64,000 nucleotides of DNA, taken from IMG/VR virus record IMGVR_UViG_3300027710_001079, positions 128,833-192,832 of that record; one strand, given 5' to 3'. The stretch is from a virus. Its lineage: Duplodnaviria; Heunggongvirae; Uroviricota; Caudoviricetes. Below the pieces are notes generated by a model. The model made no database searches. It was not told where the DNA came from and was given only the letters and a program-made list of their open reading frames with translations. Position 1 is the stretch's first letter; each line of letters starts with the position of its first letter. Positions 44,795 through 54,037 of this stretch are shown piece by piece. The position numbers and the translations under genes were made by a program.

Positions 44795-45709
44795 TTACTT
44801 GGCCCTAACTTCTTTGCTTCCTCCAGCATCTTTCTCGTTGCTGGGCTGTGTCGTTGCGGCTGTGCCTTGTGGGGCTCTTTCGCTTTCGGTGTTCTTTTGA
44901 ACCAACTCATTTTTTTCTCCCTTATAGTCCCAAAGCCCTTTACGAGCTCCTTCTTTAATAAGTTCAACCACGCCTGCTTCAATTGCTGATTTTACAGCAT
45001 ATGTTCCCGGCTCGTTTATTGTAAATCCTGCTTCACCTTCGAATGCTCTGGTGCCCATGTCAAAGAATTTAAGAGCAGTTACAGCATCGGCAGAACTGAG
45101 AATAGTTTTCTGTACAGTCACTGACGCTAATATTTTACCAGTATTAACACTCACCGCTCTTATACTGATAGTCACAACATCTTGACTCCACTGTGTTTGC
45201 TTACCGATGCCGAACACTCTAGCACCGAGGCCGCCGCTTTTTGTTGAGCTATCATAGCCCACAATACCACCTTCAATAATCATTCCAGCAAATTGCATTG
45301 GCATCAAAGGTTTAGCACTTGGCCCCTCATACGCTTCACGCATCTGTCTAATGATTAATCTTTCTTTGGTTAAATTATCAAGCCCTACACGCTCAACAAC
45401 ATCAAACCATTGTCCTTTGCCTACATCCTGTAATGCCTTGATCAAAAACGATTCTGCACCCTGTGTCACTGCCATTGACAAACTAGCAATGTTACTCTGC
45501 GGACGTCTCTGTCCTGTCATATCTCTAAAACTGTATACAGCCACACTCACAGGTTTGCCGCCAGCCGGTGCAGGAATAGTATCAAATTCTTTCTGCATCA
45601 TTACTTTTGCTACTTCAGGCTTGTCTGCCTCCACTAAAGGATTATTTTGATGTATTGCACAGCCAGACAACAGTGTTACGATCGCCAGTGTTAATAATGT
45701 CTTTTTCAT
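44795..45709 (-). CDS. csgG: curli production assembly/transport lipoprotein CsgG
   Basis: Lipobox LLSGCA. IPAPAGGKPVSVAVYSF..TGQ, WFDVVERVGLDNL..ER.IIR and GYDSSTKSGGLGARVFGIGKQTQ...VNTGKILASV...KTILS align block-by-block with E. coli CsgG. Confidence 0.85.
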   Translation of the reverse strand: MKKTLLTLAIVTLLSGCAIHQNNPLVEADKPEVAKVMMQKEFDTIPAPAGGKPVSVAVYSFRDMTGQRRPQSNIASLSMAVTQGAESFLIKALQDVGKGQWFDVVERVGLDNLTKERLIIRQMREAYEGPSAKPLMPMQFAGMIIEGGIVGYDSSTKSGGLGARVFGIGKQTQWSQDVVTISIRAVSVNTGKILASVTVQKTILSSADAVTALKFFDMGTRAFEGEAGFTINEPGTYAVKSAIEAGVVELIKEGARKGLWDYKGEKNELVQKNTESERAPQGTAATTQPSNEKDAGGSKEVRAK

Positions 45710-45710
45710 A

Positions 45711-46190
45711 TTATTTTCCTGGAATTACAAATTGGCTTAGGGGAATATCAATAGTTGTATTAATATCAGGACCAACTACGGTTAAACGAATCATATCTCC
45801 GTTCACCAAATCAGAAATTTTTTCCCACTTGATTTTACTTCCTTGGAAGTCTACTTCACCTGAACAAGTTGTTGACGTTGTAGTGCAACCACTGTTGGCA
45901 AACATAGCTGTAGCTACGTTTTGACTAATCTGTGCATAAATTCTAGATTCTAAGTTGTTTAAAAACTTAGCTAAGTTAGTATTCTTTTTATCAGCGGCTT
46001 CTTTATCAATGGCCGCTTGGATTTTGTCTTGAAGAGCTTTACGACGAGTAGCTTCTTGATTCTCAATCGTCAAGACGTGACTGCTATATCCTATGCCGTT
46101 GAAAGCAGGACTTTTAAAAGTAAAGTCGTTTATTGGTGCAGCCTGTGCAGTCATCGCAGACAAGGCCAGGCTGAGAATTAAAAATCGCAT
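45711..46190 (-). CDS. csgF: curli assembly protein CsgF-like
   Basis: Signal peptide, then TFKSPAFNGIGYSS (compare E. coli TFQFRNPNFGGNPNNG). Size ~140 aa mature, immediately upstream of csgG. Confidence 0.55.
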   Translation of the reverse strand: MRFLILSLALSAMTAQAAPINDFTFKSPAFNGIGYSSHVLTIENQEATRRKALQDKIQAAIDKEAADKKNTNLAKFLNNLESRIYAQISQNVATAMFANSGCTTTSTTCSGEVDFQGSKIKWEKISDLVNGDMIRLTVVGPDINTTIDIPLSQFVIPGK

Positions 46191-46266
46191 CCTAAGTCCC
46201 CAGTGTAGTGTATTAGTATTTACTAGGGTGGAATGAGAAATTTAAGCAGCAGTTTATTAATCTAGA

Positions 46267-47913
46267 TTAAATTCCTGGTTTAATACCAGTTTGTGGTGCG
46301 GGAGTTGTGCCTAGTGTACCTTTAGACTGAACTGGTGCACCTATTTTAGGTTTGCTTACTGCTAGTGCAGGCTGCTTTGGTGCCGCTACAGTGGGTTTAA
46401 CCGCAGGTTGTTTTGCAGCTAATTTATTAACAGGCTGTGGCTGTTTAGCCTGTTGCTCTATGTGATTTTCAATATCAGCAATGTTTTTCAGCAACGACCC
46501 CATACCTAACATGTTACGAATAGATCCATCTTTTAATTGCGATGTCAAATCTACTAGTTTACTATTAGCATCTTTTCTTCCCGGAACATACTTCTTTGCA
46601 ATACTGCCTACCGGAAATCCGTAAATTGAAATATTAAAAGAAGAAGCTCTATCAGATTCTGTAACGACTAATTGTAATTGTTTTAATGCTTGATAAAACG
46701 CTGGACCAAAATCTAGTTCTTTAAAGGCTTTCTTGTCATCAGGATCTAAAATAACCATTTCAACACCTTCTTCGTGTCTAGTTAAGTGATGCAATAATCC
46801 TTGATAAACATCTTCAACTAAATTTGCCTGATCAGTCGCTGCCCTAGATTTCAGCTGTTTAAATGCTGTACTAAAGGCACTACTAACACCGTTGTTAAAG
46901 TTATGTTCCTTTTGGTCAGAAGTATCGCGTGTACCCGGGCGAATATCGTAGAAATATTTCTTTAGAGTAGGTGGCAAAGTTACACCCACAGCATTGAAAA
47001 ATTCACTAACGTGTTCAAAATTTGCACCAGTAACTTGTCCAAATTGTGCTACGTTTCCTGCTTTAATGCTTAGTAATCTCTTTGCAGATTCTTTGCCGTC
47101 GATTAAAATTTTTAAATCTACTTTAGTACTGCTTTGATTTTCTTTCTCGCCACCATCGCTGATAACGTCAACTTTGTTTTGTTGAGGATCATTTGCTGCT
47201 TCTTGAATAGCTGCCTGTACTCTTTTCGAAGTATTTGCATATTCAATTGCAGTTCTAGCACGTCTTTCAATCAATGCGATCGACTCAGCAGGTACGTTGT
47301 AATCTTGTAAAGATCGACCACGACTATCTTCGTTCAACCAAGCATAAAACGCTTTCTTATCCATAAAAGGAATTGACACTTTAAAAATAAGTTTATCTTT
47401 TCCTGCGGTTGTTTCGATATAGCCTTTATTACGAGCAATCTGTTTGCCCATAGACACTAGTTGCTGTTCTGTTACTGGCTTGCCGCCTGATGCAAATTTT
47501 GCAGCTACTGCACATCCTAATAACGCTTCGGAGATATTGCCCATGTTAGGCTTTAGTTCTCCCTTGATTTTTTCATCTTTAAAAATGCTGTTAATAGGAA
47601 CGTTTTCAATAACTCTTCCAGTTGAGTTTCCGTCCTCATCAACTTCTGCTACTGAAAATTTAATTTTTGCGGCGGCGAAATCTTTTTGATCCCAATCTGC
47701 AACAGCATCTCCAACAGCCTGTCTAACTAGTTCGGGATTTTGGATAATTCCCTCAAACCTGTTTCCTTTTGGAAATTCGAAAGCATATACTTGTTGATTT
47801 TCTAATCCATCAATGAAACTATCAATGTATTTCTCTTTCATCCATTCGCTATTGGTCATCATTCCTTCTTTAAGAAATGATCTTGATTCTTTTAAAAATT
47901 CACGTGCTCGCAT
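46267..47913 (-). CDS. hypothetical protein with Pro/Ala/Lys-rich C-terminal tail
   Basis: ORF-track 548 aa. Confidence 0.4.
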   Translation of the reverse strand: MRAREFLKESRSFLKEGMMTNSEWMKEKYIDSFIDGLENQQVYAFEFPKGNRFEGIIQNPELVRQAVGDAVADWDQKDFAAAKIKFSVAEVDEDGNSTGRVIENVPINSIFKDEKIKGELKPNMGNISEALLGCAVAAKFASGGKPVTEQQLVSMGKQIARNKGYIETTAGKDKLIFKVSIPFMDKKAFYAWLNEDSRGRSLQDYNVPAESIALIERRARTAIEYANTSKRVQAAIQEAANDPQQNKVDVISDGGEKENQSSTKVDLKILIDGKESAKRLLSIKAGNVAQFGQVTGANFEHVSEFFNAVGVTLPPTLKKYFYDIRPGTRDTSDQKEHNFNNGVSSAFSTAFKQLKSRAATDQANLVEDVYQGLLHHLTRHEEGVEMVILDPDDKKAFKELDFGPAFYQALKQLQLVVTESDRASSFNISIYGFPVGSIAKKYVPGRKDANSKLVDLTSQLKDGSIRNMLGMGSLLKNIADIENHIEQQAKQPQPVNKLAAKQPAVKPTVAAPKQPALAVSKPKIGAPVQSKGTLGTTPAPQTGIKPGI

Positions 47914-47919
47914 AATAAG

Positions 47920-48588
47920 TTATTTACCAATTTCAGGGAACAGCACTTGATCAACAAACTGCCGAATAGTTGTTTCTGGAACGCCCATTGCAATCATACT
48001 GCGGTACACATGCGGATTCTGTTTCTGATTTTGACAGTAGTAATTTTGCCGCTCAGTAACATCAACTCCGTTAATCCTGTCTCCTATATTATGCAGGTAG
48101 TAATCTAGGGTTTTAATCCCTAAATCAACAAGATTATCTAATTCTGTTTGCTCACTGATGTTGCCCGCGGCTACCATTGCAGGACTAAAAATATTGCGGG
48201 CCCATTCCGGTAGTTCGCGTTGTTTATTCCAGGTTATGCTACTGGCAGTTTCTTTAAACCATTCGTGCATATAATGACTGTCGTTTACAAGACTAAAGTC
48301 GTGAAACGCACCAGTAATCTTATTCTTACCACAAACGGCATCAAATCCCCAAATAGGACTAGGATCGTCTACGTGTGGGAACACTGTTGCATGTAGAATA
48401 TATATTCCGTGTGTTGCAGTTTTATCTACTACTTCAACGTGCCCTCTACGGAACAGGTTGCTGTGGTATACGTGATTTTCCCAGTCGTATTGATCTAAGC
48501 TAGGATCTTCTGCTCTGTAACCTGCATGTTCCATCATAGACTGCATCGTTTCGGCACACTGCCGCATCTGTGTCCATACTGTGCTCAT
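47920..48588 (-). CDS. ferredoxin-dependent bilin reductase (FDBR; PebB/PcyX-like)
   Basis: VDKTATHGIYILHATVFPHVDDPSPIWGFDAVCGKNKITGAFHDFS is the FDBR core. Paralog of the adjacent gene. Confidence 0.6.
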   Translation of the reverse strand: MSTVWTQMRQCAETMQSMMEHAGYRAEDPSLDQYDWENHVYHSNLFRRGHVEVVDKTATHGIYILHATVFPHVDDPSPIWGFDAVCGKNKITGAFHDFSLVNDSHYMHEWFKETASSITWNKQRELPEWARNIFSPAMVAAGNISEQTELDNLVDLGIKTLDYYLHNIGDRINGVDVTERQNYYCQNQKQNPHVYRSMIAMGVPETTIRQFVDQVLFPEIGK

Positions 48589-49301
48589 TGATGTACTCCT
48601 ATCTTAGGAAATAGGCAGTCCTGTATAAACACACGAACGTCTTCTGGATTTAGTCCTAATGCAGTCATCACCTTAGGAGTGTGGGGATTCTGTCTTTGAT
48701 TTTCACAGTAGTAATCTTGCGAAGGTCCGGTGTCTAATGCAGTACCGTTAGTTTCACCTACAGCACTAATATAATGCTTCAAGTTATTAATAGCAGTAAA
48801 ATACAGTTGTTGAAGCTCCTCTGGATCATTGACATTTCCTGCACTGATCATACTGGGAGTAAAGATACGTTCTGCCCAGTCTGGTAAACGTCTAACTTTG
48901 TTCCATTCTAATTTTTGTGCTTCGTCTGCAAAGTAATCTAACATAGGATGCTCAGGATCACCTGCAGGACTAAAGTCGTGAAATGCACCTGTTACTTTGT
49001 TTCTGCCAGCTACTACATCGAACCCAAAGATAGGTGCAGGATTATGAGTATGCGGAAACACACAACAATGCATCATCCAGAGACCTCGAGTTTCTCTAGC
49101 ATCAACAACATCTATATGTGCTCGGCGATATAATTTACTGGTCCAGACTTTGTTGTACCAACTAAATCTTTCTAGGCCTGGCTCTTGTATTTCTGTTCCA
49201 CTGAGATTGAATTGTCTTTCAAACTCAGTTTGTATATCAATTAGACTGTTCCAGACCAAGCTCATTGTTATATGACTCCATAATTTTGATAGCCCATTCA
49301 A
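48585..49301 (-). CDS. ferredoxin-dependent bilin reductase (FDBR; PebA/PebS-like)
   Basis: VDARETRGLWMMHCCVFPHTHNPAPIFGFDVVAGRNKVTGAFHDFS FDBR core. Confidence 0.6.
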   Translation of the reverse strand: MNGLSKLWSHITMSLVWNSLIDIQTEFERQFNLSGTEIQEPGLERFSWYNKVWTSKLYRRAHIDVVDARETRGLWMMHCCVFPHTHNPAPIFGFDVVAGRNKVTGAFHDFSPAGDPEHPMLDYFADEAQKLEWNKVRRLPDWAERIFTPSMISAGNVNDPEELQQLYFTAINNLKHYISAVGETNGTALDTGPSQDYYCENQRQNPHTPKVMTALGLNPEDVRVFIQDCLFPKIGVHQ

Positions 49302-49788
49302 AAGCTACATTGGCTTCATCGCCCATGCTGTCATCTAACTTAGCACGAATGTTAGTTTTTAATGTGTTAGCATCTTCAAATTCTAAATTGCGGTGTGGAC
49401 CTGGAACAATTTTCTTGATCATTTGTCCACCAAACATATCTCCCATGTGCCACACATATAAATGTGCCATAATTTTATTAGGGTCTTGACTGATGCTTAA
49501 AATATAATTGTAATAATCAATAACTAATGATCGATATGAATGACGAGGATACCCCTCATTCATATCGTTGTAGTCCATGTTTAGATAAAATGCTCTACGC
49601 AGATCTGGAAGATCTCCTAGCAATCTATTAGCACCTGCTGCTCCTTCAATTGCACCGTAAAATAATGACTTCTGTAAAGTCCAATCTGTCCATACTTCTC
49701 TTGGTAATGTTTTTGCAAACACTGCCTTCATAAAAGGTGTGTGTTCTGCTCTATCATGATTTTCTGCTGTTAGTTCTTTAAGACTCAT
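49237..49788 (-). CDS. ho1: heme oxygenase
   Basis: LKELTAENHDRAEHTPFMK and KIMAHLYVWHMGDMFGGQMIKK align with the HO-1 motifs LKEATKEVHTQAENAEFMR and [22 protein letters not shown]. Confidence 0.8.
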   Translation of the reverse strand: MSLKELTAENHDRAEHTPFMKAVFAKTLPREVWTDWTLQKSLFYGAIEGAAGANRLLGDLPDLRRAFYLNMDYNDMNEGYPRHSYRSLVIDYYNYILSISQDPNKIMAHLYVWHMGDMFGGQMIKKIVPGPHRNLEFEDANTLKTNIRAKLDDSMGDEANVAFEWAIKIMESYNNELGLEQSN

Positions 49789-51015
49789 TTAATCCTCGTA
49801 ACGTTCTAATACTGCACAAGCGGCCCTGCCACCAAATGCAAAATTATTCTTTATCGCATACTTAGCCACTATTGCGGTAGCCTTAGTGGGGATATTGATT
49901 CCTACATCAATTGGGTTAATTAAATTTACAGTAGGAGGTGATATTTGATCTCGTAGTGCTAACACAGTATAGATAGTTTCAACAATCCCACTGGCTGCTA
50001 ATGTGTGTCCAATTTGACCTTTATTTGCAGTCATTGTAGTGCCTGGCAATAAGTCACGCATAGCATAGAATTCAATGTCGTCGCCTGCTTTTGTTCCAGT
50101 AGCATGTGCATTAATATAACCGACATCTGCTAACTGTATGCCTGCTTGCTTTATTGCTCTGGTTACTGCTAATTTTGCAGCATCACCATTTTTATCCGGT
50201 GCAGTATCATTATTGCCACATGTGGCAATTCCTACAGACTTGATTATTCCGTAAATCTTTGCACCTCGTGCCTTAGCTTTATCTAACGGTTCGACAATTA
50301 GTGTGCCAGCGGCTTCTCCTACTACAAATCCTGATCTATCTTTGTCAAAAGGTCTACTTGCAATTTCTGCTGGTTGTAAACTTAATGCACCGAGATTTTG
50401 AAAGTAGTATACTTGGAAGCCTTCAATCGGTACATCGGCACCTCCCACAATGACAGCATCGAGATCGTCATTGAATTCTAGTTGCTTAATAGCATAATCA
50501 AGACCAGTCAGTCCAGTTGAACATGCAGAGTGCATCGAAGTTGACCCACCGTTACATTCGTATATTCTAGCAATCAATCCGCTAATGTAATCCGCAGTTG
50601 CCTGTATTACTTGCCTCGGGGAAACTCTCTCGCGACCATCTTCTAGTTGCCGCATCATGTATGCTCTACTATGTAAACTTCCGCCGGTGGTACTAAACAC
50701 TACTGAAACATTTTTGCTAGTAAGACTGCTGTCTCTGATAGCATCTCTAGCAGTGTGCATTGATATTTTAACACACGGATCCCAATACTGGTGATGTCCT
50801 CCGAATTCTGTTTCTTCAAACGCAGGCAGCGGGCACGGTGCCCCAGAAGAGACAATTAAAGATTTATGTGTTCTTGGAAATTTTGTTGGATCATCTTCGG
50901 GCCACTTGATTTGTTTAATTGCAGTTTCCCCTGCTAACAAATTCAGCCAATTTTCCTGTACGCTTGCTCCAAGACCGTTGATAATTCCCATTCCGGTAAT
51001 GGCGTACTGTTTCAT
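49789..51015 (-). CDS. beta-ketoacyl-ACP synthase (KAS I/II, FabF/FabB-like)
   Basis: Active-site Cys in SMHSACSTG, then HATGTKAGD and GHTLAASG (the Cys-His-His triad region). Confidence 0.7.
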   Translation of the reverse strand: MKQYAITGMGIINGLGASVQENWLNLLAGETAIKQIKWPEDDPTKFPRTHKSLIVSSGAPCPLPAFEETEFGGHHQYWDPCVKISMHTARDAIRDSSLTSKNVSVVFSTTGGSLHSRAYMMRQLEDGRERVSPRQVIQATADYISGLIARIYECNGGSTSMHSACSTGLTGLDYAIKQLEFNDDLDAVIVGGADVPIEGFQVYYFQNLGALSLQPAEIASRPFDKDRSGFVVGEAAGTLIVEPLDKAKARGAKIYGIIKSVGIATCGNNDTAPDKNGDAAKLAVTRAIKQAGIQLADVGYINAHATGTKAGDDIEFYAMRDLLPGTTMTANKGQIGHTLAASGIVETIYTVLALRDQISPPTVNLINPIDVGINIPTKATAIVAKYAIKNNFAFGGRAACAVLERYED

Positions 51016-51320
51016 TCTTCTTCGATCCTTACTGCTAGCGGCCAGCCATTTTGTCTAGCAAGCATTGTGCTTTCTACACCTTTTTGCTCTGCGACTTCAT
51101 ATGTATAAACACCGGCAATACCTGCACCTTGTTCGTGTACCTGCATTGTTATTTCCCTTGCCTTTGCCTCACTGTGCTTAAACACATGCATCAACAATGC
51201 AATGACAAAATCCATTGGGGTGTGATCATCATTTAGTACAATCACTTTATACATGCCGGGCGTTATAATGTCGAAATCTTCTTCAATATCAACAATATCT
51301 TTGGTTTTGGTATTTGCCAT
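51012..51320 (-). CDS. clpS: ATP-dependent Clp protease adaptor ClpS
   Basis: MYKVIVLNDDHTPMDFVIALLMHVFKH is the canonical ClpS core. 102 aa. Confidence 0.8.
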   Translation of the reverse strand: MANTKTKDIVDIEEDFDIITPGMYKVIVLNDDHTPMDFVIALLMHVFKHSEAKAREITMQVHEQGAGIAGVYTYEVAEQKGVESTMLARQNGWPLAVRIEEE

Positions 51321-51356
51321 ATAGACTTTCTAAAAAGGGGGCCGGAGCCCCCGGGC

Positions 51357-51782
51357 TTACTTGATGGCGATCAAGCGAGGCTTGAGTGCTTCAGGTACTA
51401 CTCGTGTAAGTTTAACACGAAGAATACCGTTTGTCAACTCTGCATCGCCCACAATCATGTAGTCTGCCAGTGTAAAGCTTCGCTCAAAATCACGAGCAGC
51501 TAGCCCACGATGTAGGTATTTGCTAGCATCGTCTTCTTTTAACCGATTGCCTTTAATGGTCAGTAGATTTTGATCCACTTCCACAGTAACGTCCTCTCGA
51601 TCAAAGCCTGCCACAGCGATTTCGATCTCAAAGTGATCGTCATCGTGTTTCAGAACATTGTACGGAGGGTAGTTGGTTTGTACGGAGTTTGCAAATCGCT
51701 TTTCAACATCGTTAAAAAGGCTGTCAAATCCAATAAGTGCTCTGTTTAGAGCCTGAGTGTCAAATCGTGTTAATGCGTTCAT
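51357..51782 (-). CDS. ibpA: small heat-shock protein (Hsp20/IbpA family)
   Basis: PPYNVLKHDDDHFEIEIAVAGFDREDVTVEVDQNLLTIKG alpha-crystallin domain. Start set at the internal MNALTRF. Confidence 0.75.
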   Translation of the reverse strand: MNALTRFDTQALNRALIGFDSLFNDVEKRFANSVQTNYPPYNVLKHDDDHFEIEIAVAGFDREDVTVEVDQNLLTIKGNRLKEDDASKYLHRGLAARDFERSFTLADYMIVGDAELTNGILRVKLTRVVPEALKPRLIAIK

Positions 51783-51861
51783 AGTTTTCTCCTTAATAAG
51801 CAAGAACGTTTTGGGCACCATGCCCATTTTGTAGAACCCTAACGGCGTCCTACAAAATTAT

Positions 51862-52647
51862 TTATCCCGAGATTTTCGAGATTTCTTCACAAGTGGGCGA
51901 ATAATTTCCGCGATGTTGCACAGTAATACTGGCCGCCTTGTTTGCATATATTATAGCTTTTTCTATATCTTTTGTATATAGATATTCAGTAGTTAGGGCG
52001 GCTAAAAATGTATCTCCGCAGCCACATACATCCATAACTTCTACTCGATTAGTTGGGTACCTGACCCCGTTATACTCTGCACCCTCGTCGCCTTTAGTCA
52101 CGATCAAATTAGTGGGTTTACTCGTTGCAAGTTTGGATTCTGCATCATTAATCTTAACATAAACTCTAGGGTCTTGTCCAAAGAATGCTAGATCTTTTTT
52201 CTTAGTATCAATGAATACCGGGCACTTTGACATTTCGACTAGATACCTAATAGATTCGTATGTTAGAAAACCCTTGTCATAATCCGATATGATAATTGCA
52301 TCATATTCATGCGGCGGGGAGAGAAGACGTTTGCTCCATGGAGTTAACGAATGCTCCTGATCCATTCTTAATAAATGCTGCCCAGATTTTTTGTCAATAA
52401 ACCTAGTTTTAGTAATAGTTTCATCGTTGCTAACAAAGTCTGGGTTAACGCCTAGTGCTACAAAGTTGTTGAGTACGTTAGCACTCATACCGGCTAATGA
52501 GTATGTTTCTACTAATTTGAAAACTGGCACAGGTGCTTCGGGACTCAGTCTATCAACCGTGCCTATTTTATATTCATCTATACACCTATCACCGATCAGC
52601 AATACGTTGAATAATGTTGGTAGTTGAGTAGTCTCCGACTCTGTCAT
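51862..52647 (-). CDS. PfkB-family sugar kinase (HldE/RfaE kinase-domain-like; heptose-7-phosphate kinase candidate)
   Basis: DVCGCGDTFLAAL is the PfkB GxGD anion-hole motif. Confidence 0.6.
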   Translation of the reverse strand: MTESETTQLPTLFNVLLIGDRCIDEYKIGTVDRLSPEAPVPVFKLVETYSLAGMSANVLNNFVALGVNPDFVSNDETITKTRFIDKKSGQHLLRMDQEHSLTPWSKRLLSPPHEYDAIIISDYDKGFLTYESIRYLVEMSKCPVFIDTKKKDLAFFGQDPRVYVKINDAESKLATSKPTNLIVTKGDEGAEYNGVRYPTNRVEVMDVCGCGDTFLAALTTEYLYTKDIEKAIIYANKAASITVQHRGNYSPTCEEISKISG

Positions 52648-52987
52648 AATAAATTACTTCTTTTGAATATTGGTGGGCAGTTCCAGTGCTAGATTTCCAG
52701 TCACTGCCCTTTACATAAATGTCAGGTTGCCAGCCTTGCATGATTTCTATCAACTCTTCTTTAGAGTCAAAAAATAATACATAATCAACAGCTTTGAGAT
52801 TTTCTAAATGAAATTTACGATCCTCTTGATTATTAATAGGACGATCTGGGCCCTTTAGTTCTTTGACACGGCGGTCAGTGTCAATGGCAACTAACAATAC
52901 ATAACCTTGACTCTTAGCAAAGTTTAACAGTTCAATGTGCCCACGATGTAAGATATCAAACGTGCCATTAACCATTACCCGTTTCAT
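52589..52987 (-). CDS. cytidylyl/adenylyltransferase (HldE/RfaE domain II-like; heptose-1-phosphate adenylyltransferase candidate)
   Basis: NGTFDILHRGHIELL is the (H/T)xGH nucleotidyltransferase motif. Confidence 0.6.
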   Translation of the reverse strand: MKRVMVNGTFDILHRGHIELLNFAKSQGYVLLVAIDTDRRVKELKGPDRPINNQEDRKFHLENLKAVDYVLFFDSKEELIEIMQGWQPDIYVKGSDWKSSTGTAHQYSKEVIYYDRVGDYSTTNIIQRIADR

Positions 52988-53343
52988 TTTTGACTATCAC
53001 CTTTGCCTACACGGTAGTTGTCTTCTACGCTGTCAGGAGTAGAAACTTCAATAACTGTACCAGCTTCGATACATTCTAATTGATGCGGCATGCACGGTGT
53101 ATTATGCCATACTGCACCTTCACGAATTTCTTTTTCGTGCAGCTCGGCAGTGTTAGTGTCAATCCATCGAACAATAAACTTACCTGATTGTATGTACCAA
53201 GTTTCCTCTTTGTCTTTATGGAAGTGCATACTGAACTTAGCACCTGCGTTAAAGTTCATAAACTTACCGCAGTACTTGTCGTTAGTGGCCCAGATAAATT
53301 CTGAGCCCCAACCTTTTGGAACTAGACCTTTTAATTGTGTCAT
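52984..53343 (-). CDS. cupin-domain protein
   Basis: WHNTPCMPHQLECIEAGTVIEV cupin motif-2-like. 119 aa. Confidence 0.35.
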   Translation of the reverse strand: MTQLKGLVPKGWGSEFIWATNDKYCGKFMNFNAGAKFSMHFHKDKEETWYIQSGKFIVRWIDTNTAELHEKEIREGAVWHNTPCMPHQLECIEAGTVIEVSTPDSVEDNYRVGKGDSQK

Positions 53344-53344
53344 G

Positions 53345-54037
53345 TTATTTTCCTATTAACTTGATATTTAATCTTACACCGTCACCTGGATAGTTTTTTA
53401 CAACAGTTGCCAGCTTCACTCCAAACTCTAAATTTTGAGCGGGCAGAAAATGGTTTCGTGTTTCATTTTTTTTCCATACGGCTGATTGTTGAAGATCAAT
53501 CAAAGGTATTGACATAGTAATACCTCTTGAAAATATATGGTTATTATAGTCTCCTCGAAAACAAAAAAAATGTACAACTTTTTCTATGTTATTGTCGACG
53601 GCAATTTTATCTATTTCATTAAACCATTGCTGGTAAGCCCAAAGATGAAAATTCTCGCAAATAATATATTCATAATATCCCCTTGCTGCCTTAATAAAAT
53701 TTTCTGATGGACTCTTTACCCCTAATGGATTCCAAATATCTCCAAGCTCAACACTTTTTGTATTGAGGGACAATGCATCGTCATTAGGTATCCTAAATGG
53801 TTCTGTGTGACATACTACTAATACCTTAACAGGATTAATAAGTAATTCGTCTAATAATTTTTTTCGGGCTGACCACCAACTTGCCCCGCCATACCCTTGC
53901 CCTCTAGGAAGTTGATCTTTTTCAAATTTATTTCCTGTTAGATGTAAAGTAAATATCTGTGGCCAATCGACGGGCATAGTACGTTCTGCACAGAAACTAT
54001 CCCCTACGATTAATATATCGTTCCATTCATATGTCAT
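53345..54037 (-). CDS. SGNH/GDSL-like hydrolase, putative
   Basis: ILIVGDSFC near the N-terminus. Confidence 0.3.
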   Translation of the reverse strand: MTYEWNDILIVGDSFCAERTMPVDWPQIFTLHLTGNKFEKDQLPRGQGYGGASWWSARKKLLDELLINPVKVLVVCHTEPFRIPNDDALSLNTKSVELGDIWNPLGVKSPSENFIKAARGYYEYIICENFHLWAYQQWFNEIDKIAVDNNIEKVVHFFCFRGDYNNHIFSRGITMSIPLIDLQQSAVWKKNETRNHFLPAQNLEFGVKLATVVKNYPGDGVRLNIKLIGK

